Assembly (NCBI GenBank): GCA_018824115.1 | Contig: JAHJGY010000022.1 | Span: 1-49,460 of the forward strand | Reading direction: 5' to 3' | Length of the DNA stretch: 49,460 nucleotides | From: Patescibacteria group bacterium | GTDB lineage: Bacteria; Patescibacteriota; 4484-211 | In this document: positions 22,610-30,600 of the stretch, one piece after another | Layout: every line of letters begins with the position of its first letter | Numbering within the stretch: position 1 is the stretch's first letter | Translations under genes and position numbers: made by a program | The notes under the pieces: generated by a model | The model's database searches: none | Told to the model about the DNA's origin: nothing | Seen by the model: the letters and a program-made list of their open reading frames with translations, nothing else

Positions 22610-24637
22610 CTAGATGTTTCTTATTTTACCATATTCTCGAGCCGCATTTTTAGTTTTCTCAATCAATCTTAAATCCGATAAACTTGCAATTTTGAGATCC
22701 CAGAAGCCATGTTGCCTGGTTCCGAAGAGTTCACCGGGCCCCCGAATTTCGAGGTCTATTTCCGCGAGCTTTAAACCATTATGGTATTTTCTCATAGCAT
22801 TTAGGCGTTGGTTTTGTTCGGGGTTATGGGTGGAGGTGAAAAGCAGGCAGTAGGCTTGTTCTCCGCTCCTGCCGATACGGCCACGAAGTTGATGTAGGGA
22901 AGCTAGTCCGAATCGTTCCGCTCCCTCGATAATCATCAAATTTGCTTTTGGTATATCAATGCCTACTTCTACCACAGGAGTAGCAACCAGAATGTGGAGT
23001 TCTCCATTTCTGAATTTAACCAGTACTTCATTTTTCTCCTTAGCCTTGAGTTTGCCGTGCACAAGGCCTAATATTAGGTCAGGGAAGACATCTTTTTGAA
23101 GTCGAGAAAACTCTGCCTTGGCAGCTTTAACTGTTTGTAAAGTTTCATGTTCGGATTCCTCGATAAATGGGCAGACAATGAATGCTTGATGGTTTTTCCT
23201 TTTGATTTGTTCTTTAACCCACATTAATGCTCCAGGTCGTTTCTTACCCGGTACTAGCCAGGTTATAACCGGTTTTCGGCCGGGTGGCATCTCGTTGATT
23301 ACAGAGAGATCTTGATCGCCGTAAACAGTTAAGGCTATAGATCGTGGGATTGGGGTAGCGGTAAGGCTGAGAATGTGCGGGGTAAGTGCTTTATTTGTTT
23401 CAATCCCCTTGTCGACTAGTTTGCCCCGTTGTTTTACCCCAAAACGGTGTTGTTCATCGATTACTATTAAACCGACTTTCTTTAATTCAGCTGGGCTGTG
23501 GAATAAAGCGTGTGTCCCGATAACAAGATTGCTTTCCTGTAAGTTATGACTTGTCGGTTTGGTACTCCCAGTTAATAGTGCGATTTTTAGTTTAGCTGAT
23601 ACTTTGAATAATTCAGATAACGTTCTCAAATGCTGTCGTGCGAGGATTTCTGTTGGTGCCATGAGTAAAGATTTATAACCGGATAAATATGTTGCGTAGA
23701 CAGCAGCTGCCGCTACTACAGTTTTCCCGCTTCCCACATCACCCTGTAGTAATCTATTCATCGGTATGTTTCGCTTTAGATCTTCAGATATTCTCTGGGT
23801 AACGTTCTTCTGTGCGTTGGTGAGAGTAAATGGCAAAGAGGTGATGAATTTTTGGATGGCAGTTTTGTTTTTTTCTAAATTGAGGCTGTAAGTTGCTCTC
23901 CTATTTTCCCAAGATTGACGGCGGTGCTGGTTCTTTAGTTGAAGACCGAACAGTTCGTCGAAAGCGAGACGCTCACGTGCTCGGCTTACTTCACCAAAGT
24001 TATTGGGAAAATGAATCCAAGAGAGAGCTAAAGGAAGGTATAAAAGGTTGTATTTTTTTCTGAATTCTAAAGGATAGTTGTCGAGTTCAGTTTCTTGGTT
24101 GCTAGTTTCATTTAGCTCTTTATAACCGAGAATTTTTAAAACGGCGTTAGTCCGCGACCTCAGCCATTTAGAGCTAATACCTTCGCCTTCCGGGTAAATT
24201 GGTACAATCCCGGAAGTATGAATGGTCTCAGTGTTTTCGAGTTCATAGTCAGGGCTGGTTAGAGTAAGCTTGCGGCTAAAGAAAGCAACTTTACCGGAAA
24301 AATAGTAGTTCTGCCCTACTCTAAGCGTTTGTTTAATCCAGGGTTGGTTCCACCAAACTGCTTGAATGGATCCCGAATCATCAGCGAGAGTTGCCATGAT
24401 ATAACTTTTTCTTGTCCGGGTAAAATGCTGGGTCAATGCTGTGACAGGGGCCTTGATTGTTGTCTTCTCCCCTACCCTTATCGAAGCGAGCGGTTTAATT
24501 TGGGTGAAATCGTCGTAACGGTGAGGAAAGTGATAAAGCAAATCCTTGACAGTGTTAATTTTTAGTTTTTCCAGTTTTTTTGCCTGTACGGGGCCAATAA
24601 GCGGCACTTTCGTTACTGGATCTTTAAGAGTTATCAT
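22610..24637 (-). CDS. recG: ATP-dependent DNA helicase RecG
   Basis: DLLYHFPHRYDD wedge-domain N-terminus. Helicase motifs GDVGSGKT, DEQHRFG, SLTATPIPRS and QLRGRIGRS. The ORF opens at TTG 24694; ATG 24637 (MITLKDPV...) fits RecG N-termini better. Confidence 0.9.
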   Translation of the reverse strand: MITLKDPVTKVPLIGPVQAKKLEKLKINTVKDLLYHFPHRYDDFTQIKPLASIRVGEKTTIKAPVTALTQHFTRTRKSYIMATLADDSGSIQAVWWNQPWIKQTLRVGQNYYFSGKVAFFSRKLTLTSPDYELENTETIHTSGIVPIYPEGEGISSKWLRSRTNAVLKILGYKELNETSNQETELDNYPLEFRKKYNLLYLPLALSWIHFPNNFGEVSRARERLAFDELFGLQLKNQHRRQSWENRRATYSLNLEKNKTAIQKFITSLPFTLTNAQKNVTQRISEDLKRNIPMNRLLQGDVGSGKTVVAAAAVYATYLSGYKSLLMAPTEILARQHLRTLSELFKVSAKLKIALLTGSTKPTSHNLQESNLVIGTHALFHSPAELKKVGLIVIDEQHRFGVKQRGKLVDKGIETNKALTPHILSLTATPIPRSIALTVYGDQDLSVINEMPPGRKPVITWLVPGKKRPGALMWVKEQIKRKNHQAFIVCPFIEESEHETLQTVKAAKAEFSRLQKDVFPDLILGLVHGKLKAKEKNEVLVKFRNGELHILVATPVVEVGIDIPKANLMIIEGAERFGLASLHQLRGRIGRSGEQAYCLLFTSTHNPEQNQRLNAMRKYHNGLKLAEIDLEIRGPGELFGTRQHGFWDLKIASLSDLRLIEKTKNAAREYGKIRNI

Positions 24638-24795
24638 TCTCTCAATTCTAGCACCAAAACGAATATTGGGCAGTGTTGCTCCAGTGATTATCAACGGCTA
24701 GACCGTCGACATCGGTTCAGTGAGGGTTTTGGTGTGGGTATTTTCTTACAATGCCGTTTCTGGGCATAAAGATAGGTTTTGTTTGCTATGCAGAT

Positions 24796-25539
24796 TCAGG
24801 CCAGCGGGCTATTGAAATAATCGATAGATCTTTGGGTGTAATAATGTAAGTTTTTCATCTGTCTTTGGGAAATGTGATCGCAAGCGTGTCCCCAATGGTA
24901 ACTTATCTTATCTCCCACTTTTAACTTATCCAGAAATCCTTTCCCTTTGTAACCCAGCTCAACTTCCCTTGCGGTCGCGGCACCCAGTTTTAACTGTTGG
25001 TTTTCAAAAACCAACGGGTGTGTTCTTACTAATAAAGAGGTCAGCTTGTTTTCGATCAATTGTCCCCAGCTAATACGGCAGTTGTCCATGGTGTTTAAGG
25101 TGTGATAAGAGGGATCCTTTCCTGTCCTTTTAAAGATATTGAAAACATGGAATGAGTGGTGCGGGAGAAGAGTATAGCTGGCGATTTTACTCCCTGTTTT
25201 GTTGTATTCAAATTGTCCCATTCTTTTACGGAGCAGTAAAAGTTCGTTAAGGAATCTCCAGTATTTTATATTTGTTACTTTTTCCAGTAACTGGTTACCA
25301 ACCCAATAGGCTTCGACTACTCGTTTGTCAAACGGGTCGTCAATGCGATTTTCCTGGGATATTAAGCGCAAATAGGGATACAGGGTTTCGAATTGTGAAA
25401 GGATGTTTCCTAGTTCTAAGTCTCCCCTACTCTCCTTTAGATGGTCTAAAACACTGGAATTTTGTGCCGGCCCGCAGTAACCAAAGAAATTAGGGGATGC
25501 GGCGTACTTAGCGCACATTAAAATGCCCGATTTATCCAT
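24796..25539 (-). CDS. conserved hypothetical protein (family not identified with confidence)
   Basis: 247-aa ORF whose start overlaps the upstream transporter stop by 8 nt. N-terminal CAKYAASPNFFGYCGP motif. No catalytic motifs recognised. Confidence 0.65.
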   Translation of the reverse strand: MDKSGILMCAKYAASPNFFGYCGPAQNSSVLDHLKESRGDLELGNILSQFETLYPYLRLISQENRIDDPFDKRVVEAYWVGNQLLEKVTNIKYWRFLNELLLLRKRMGQFEYNKTGSKIASYTLLPHHSFHVFNIFKRTGKDPSYHTLNTMDNCRISWGQLIENKLTSLLVRTHPLVFENQQLKLGAATAREVELGYKGKGFLDKLKVGDKISYHWGHACDHISQRQMKNLHYYTQRSIDYFNSPLA

Positions 25540-26443
25540 GATGCAGATATTGTTGTTTGCGAAGCGGTTTCTGTTGTAAAAGTATAACTACGATCACACC
25601 TGCTGTGATTAATAACGAAGAATACAAGGTTGTTAGTGGGAAATTTACTTTGTTAAAAGCGCCAGTTAGGGCATTGCCTACGACTACCGAGAAAGTATAG
25701 ACCAAAGTTGCCAAACTAGCTGGTGCGTACTTTAGAGCCCTGTACCAAAAGTAGAGGGTTGTAAAAACCATTAGGCTGCCAATTAGAATAATTAACGTTT
25801 GGGCTGAACTAAGGTTGGCCATGATGCTACCGCGACCTGTTAGTAGCACGGCGAGTAGAAGGAGTGTAGAGCCGATACCTAACCTGAATAATCCTACATG
25901 CTCAGCGGAGACCGATTTCAGTACTTGCTTGGCAATTATGTGCTCCACGGCCCACAGAATTGTTGCTGCAAAGATCATAATTTCTCCTTTACTACCGGAA
26001 AACTTTAATGGGGCAAAGTAGAAATTGCCCAAGATTATGGCAAGGTAACTAAGTAGGTATAAAGGGTTAAGCCGTTCACCTAAAAAGGTAATTGCTAATA
26101 AAGAAGTCCAGATGAACAAGGTTTTATGAATCACGTTAGCCGTTTGTCCTTCTATCAACTGTAGCCCTGTGAAATAGAGGTAGAAAGGCAGAGCCCCACC
26201 AACCAAACCTGTTAGTATAAGGAGTCTTAGGTTTCTCTTTCCTAGCTTCCTAATTTTCCGAAACTTTCCCGAGCTGATAAGGATCAGTAGAAAAGCTAAG
26301 GTTGCTAGAATATTCCGGCTCGTAGTCAGAATTAACGGATCAACTTCAACCACTGATGTTTTTGAGTAAAAAATAGCAATCCCGGAACCTAGAGATGCCA
26401 TAAAGGCATAAATTATCCCTTTTAAAGTATTAGTGTTGTCCAT
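25532..26443 (-). CDS. DMT/EamA-family transporter
   Basis: 303 aa with about 10 predicted TM helices in two similar halves, typical of EamA-domain duplication. Confidence 0.8.
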   Translation of the reverse strand: MDNTNTLKGIIYAFMASLGSGIAIFYSKTSVVEVDPLILTTSRNILATLAFLLILISSGKFRKIRKLGKRNLRLLILTGLVGGALPFYLYFTGLQLIEGQTANVIHKTLFIWTSLLAITFLGERLNPLYLLSYLAIILGNFYFAPLKFSGSKGEIMIFAATILWAVEHIIAKQVLKSVSAEHVGLFRLGIGSTLLLLAVLLTGRGSIMANLSSAQTLIILIGSLMVFTTLYFWYRALKYAPASLATLVYTFSVVVGNALTGAFNKVNFPLTTLYSSLLITAGVIVVILLQQKPLRKQQYLHHG

Positions 26444-26734
26444 GTCTACCCACGAAGCAGATATTGGTGTTAACTTTGGAGCTTGTTGCCAACAAGTGAA
26501 TTTAGGACGATCTCATCGGCCTTCTCCACCGTTTCCTAAAAATATCTAAGTGTAGCATAAGCTAATAGCGAAATGTTGTCTAGTGTGTTTGGGAATTGAT
26601 CGTTGCAAGTTAACTTCACTACCGCACAAATAAACTGATGATTGGCAGCAGTACCATTGAGGTAAGGGTGATGAGGATAACGATAGTCCAAAACCTTTGG
26701 TGTTTGCGGAAGATGTCCATAGGGAGATTATAAA

Positions 26735-27679
26735 TTACGGGACGGTAAAAGTCATCTCGAAATAACTAGTTACCTGTTGCGGGTGTCCACCGAGCAGTAA
26801 AGCGCTGTTGGTATGGTCGATAATTTCTAGATCGGTTGCTTTGAGTTCTCTCATCGCATTGAGCAAGACTGAAATTGATGGCGCAGAATCAAGATAGCTG
26901 TTATCCAAATTAAAAAGAGATTCCGTATCAAATTCTTTTATGAGTTGTTCAGTGAGAGTATCGTTTATTAGTGATTCCTCTGCGTTCAGGTAATGTGAAA
27001 AATCTACGGAGGCTACTAAGACAACATTTTCATTTAGAATCTCGCTTGCCAGTAAAATTCCCAAGTCTTTCGCGTCCTGATTATCTAGTGAAGACATAAG
27101 AATGATCGGGACAACTTTTGTTTCTGGAAGGTAATATTTAAGGTAAGGCATCATGCCAGCGATAGAGTGCTCTTTTTGTAAGGTGTAATTGTCTTCTTGA
27201 ACAATGCTCCCCGCGATTAGTTTTTGAGTGATTTGGGTATTTGAGTGTATCTGGCCAAAAGGTGTTTCCCAGCCCCGTGTGGTTGTTAAGATTTTTCCTT
27301 TCCCAGCGTGATGGTGGTTAGGGCCAAGTAGAACAATAGATTCTGGGTATTGTTGATTTAATCTAGAAAAGAAATCTGAGAGTAATCTGCTTGCCAGTAA
27401 GTGATGCGGGACAATTCCTCCCTGCATCTTACTCTGCTGAGCGGTCTCCCCTACTCCAGTGGTGTTAATGCCACGGTAAAAATTGCCAGGTTCAAAGTAT
27501 TCAACCTCGAGAAAATGAATCGGTTCGTCGATAAGATTCTCGCTAACCGAGATACCCAGTGTTTCATTTTCTGGGCTAGTTTTTGTTAACATTAACCTAC
27601 TGTCAATAAAGTCAACTCCGTTGATTAAGATTATGATTAAAAACAGAGTGGTTATTAAGAAGATATTCTTTCTCGTCAT
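26735..27679 (-). CDS. Memo-like (AmmeMemoRadiSam system protein B family) protein with N-terminal membrane anchor
   Basis: GGIVPHHLLAS, GPNHHHAG and ASVDFSHY motifs of the Memo/dioxygenase-B fold. N-terminal TM helix (IFLITTLFLIIILINGV). Its ATG overlaps the stop of the upstream A2M-like gene (TAATG). Confidence 0.75.
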   Translation of the reverse strand: MTRKNIFLITTLFLIIILINGVDFIDSRLMLTKTSPENETLGISVSENLIDEPIHFLEVEYFEPGNFYRGINTTGVGETAQQSKMQGGIVPHHLLASRLLSDFFSRLNQQYPESIVLLGPNHHHAGKGKILTTTRGWETPFGQIHSNTQITQKLIAGSIVQEDNYTLQKEHSIAGMMPYLKYYLPETKVVPIILMSSLDNQDAKDLGILLASEILNENVVLVASVDFSHYLNAEESLINDTLTEQLIKEFDTESLFNLDNSYLDSAPSISVLLNAMRELKATDLEIIDHTNSALLLGGHPQQVTSYFEMTFTVP

Positions 27680-30600
27680 TACTCAATAATAATTGATGTT
27701 TCTGTTCCTAGGTTAAGATCATCCAGTGCATTCTGAGATTGGATAAGCACTGGTTCTCCCACGTATTCTCCCTTGGAAATAACGCGTGCATAGTAAACAA
27801 GTGGGTTTTGTTGGCTATTTCGGTAAGTGCAGAAATTTATTCTTTGTCCGACAGTTTCGTAAGGATAAGTGACTTCTAGTTGGTCTGACTGGGAAATTCC
27901 CCAACTGGATAATTTAGTAATCGGGCGTAATCCAGAAGGTAAGAAGTCGGTCACTTGGTAACAGCCGCCGTAAGCTTTGTTGGCTAACTTGTAAGTGATC
28001 TTTACTTTTACTAAATCTGATTCAGCCACCATTTTTACTGGTTGGTCATTCACTAAAAATGTGCGGTTTACCGCGGCATAGGGACTTTTATCAATGGTAG
28101 TTGAATCCACTGCCGTTTGGCGTACAATCGATAGGCCGACATTGTCACTAACCTCGCTAAAGGTAATACTTTCTGCTTCTGTGGAATTCAAATTCAGTTG
28201 CCATGACCTACCTAGTTCCAAATTCTTGGTTTCTGTAACGTTATTAACTGAGTAGGTGAAACTGACAGGCTCGGGGTTAGCCGAAGGGAGACTATTTGTT
28301 AAGTAAGAAAGTTTTTCAAGGTTAGTTAAGATATCTTTGGTGCGGTGATCATCAATGTATTTAAATAGCTTTTCACTTTTAGTATCGTTGAAAGCTTGAG
28401 CAATCTGGGCTGCTATGGTGGTAGCGGTTAGGATATCATCTTGATCCGAACCCGTGTTTAGGCGCAGGTACGGGCCAGACTCTTCACCGCAAGATTCGAC
28501 TACCTGCCGGTAGATAGCGTGGGCGTTTTGATAATCACCGGCCTCTGTTAACCCTAGAGCAAGATAGAGTTTCTCTGTTGTCGTAAGGCCAGATTGGGTA
28601 GATAGTCGTTTTAACATGACGAGAACCGGTTCGTCTAAAGAAGCTAGTCCATATAAAGCGCTGATTGTTTCATTAATATTAGAAGTTCGATTTTCAGTAA
28701 TTGCCCAGAAATAGTTTTTTAAGGCGGTCGAATCAAATTCATTTCCCGCGAGGGCGCTGACTTTAGCGCTAAGGTCAATTTCACTGCTGCTGTATGGCAG
28801 TAAGGTAATCCCGCCGTTGGGGGCCTGGTAAAGGGAAGGATTAAAATCGGGGATTGAACGATTAGTTTCAAAGTATTGGTTTAGCAGTTGAGTGCCTTTT
28901 ACGCGAGTAAGTCGTTGGTCAACGCGGTCTCCCCAGGCCCAGGATAGTTGGTTAAGTGGAGGATAATATCGTCCACGGTTATCATCGCTAAAAATAAGGG
29001 AAACACTGTCCTGGTGAGGGTTATCAACTATGGTATCTTCGGTTAGTTGAGTGTAAATAGCTTCCGTTCTAGCAAGACGTGAGCTAATTACTCGGAAAGT
29101 ACGAGCAACGGCATCGCTATAATTTCCTGCTTTGGCTTGGACGATTAGACGATGCTCACCTTCCTGTAAAACCGGAAGAGTATATTCTACTGTTTCAAAA
29201 GCAGAACCGGTAACGCTTTGTGGTTCGGTTACGCCAAGCGAAGGGATACTTATGGAGTATTTCACTTCTTGACCTTTTTGCAGAGTATCTCCATAGGCAC
29301 GTAACTTGATTTTTGGTTTATCTTTTAGCAAATATTCATTACTGATGGATAATTCGATGAAGAAAGGGAGCCGGACAATAAGATTGTTAGTACCGTGATT
29401 TGCTTTTAAGTCCTGAGTGATTCCGTGATAAGTAATACGCCAGGAAGTGAGGTTATCGGGAAGCTTAAATTTGAAAGTCCCATGGCCTTGTGAATCAGTC
29501 TGGGTAATGCCGAAAAACGCGTTGTCAGCGAAATTTTCCCTCACCAAGCCTTTCTCATTATGGACATAAAATCCTCCGGCTAAGTAGGTCTTATGATCCT
29601 TAATCTGGAGGTTGTAGACATTAAATTGTCCGTACTTTTGTTCAATTGAGGTGATCATGACACTGTCGCCATTCTCGTCTAGAAGAAAGTCTCCCGGTTC
29701 GGCTAGTCCGATTGGTTTCCATACTCCATTAATGAATAATCGATGTTCGGGAGTAACTTGGAGATCATGATTGATGACTAGTAGATGTTGTACCTTATGT
29801 TTATCTACGCGAATTACCTGGTCAGAGGTACTAATTTTACTTCCGGGAGAAGTAAGGGTTTGGATATTATCCCCTACTGTGATTTGGTCAATGGGTTGGT
29901 AAGATCCATTTGCTAGTTTGACTGGCGTTCCTTGGAGGAAGCAGCCGCCGCCGTATTCTGCGCTTACTTTGTCAACTGGGTATTGATGCGAAGAGTAGGT
30001 TTGGAGAATTCCCGAGGATATTTGGGTGTAAAGATCATCTAAGAAAGTGACGTATTGTTTTTTTAGTGCAAAGAAAGCTTCGTCTACTAAACTAACATTT
30101 ACTTCGGCTGCTTGTCCTTTACCTTCTTGATCTTTTACTTCCACGTTTAGCTCTACCTCTTCAGTTGGCTGGTATTGTAATTTTACTGGCTGGACAGTAA
30201 TATCTAGTTCTTTATCGCTACTGCGATAGATGACATTGGTTGAACTTGAGGTTTGATAGGTCCGTCCGTTGAAGTAAATTCCTCGGAGATAAACATTAGG
30301 GATATATTGTGGTGCCATCGTAAATTCAAATGATGGAGTAGTCTGTAGTTGATACTGGCTTAAGCCTCTTTGGTCAAGAAGGAATAAGTAATGCTGATCT
30401 TTTTGTTCTGGGAGAAGCTCTTCTCCGTCTTGGAAATCGGCTAATACCTGTTCGTCTAAACTGTACTTGTTCTCGTTCCCGCGCAGGACCAAGTGGTAGT
30501 AACCAGAGGAAGAAGGAGAGTTAACTGAGGATCCGGAGCGGCCATAGTAATATTCGTGACCATAGCAATAGACCGTTTGTTTAGTGACTCTCCCTCGTTC

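Noticed and set aside
26619-26720. 33-aa hydrophobic ORF (MDIFRKHQRFWTIVILITLTSMVLLPIISLFVR) on the - strand just downstream of the Memo-like gene
   Set aside because: It is plausible as a small membrane peptide, but it has no SD or promoter signal, no homology I can recognise, and a length at which chance ORFs are common.
28480-28491. CGEE in the A2M-like protein as a possible thioester motif
   Set aside because: The canonical motif is CxEQ, and the Gln is required for thioester formation. Here the fourth residue is Glu, and the site lies deep in the helical region rather than at its start.
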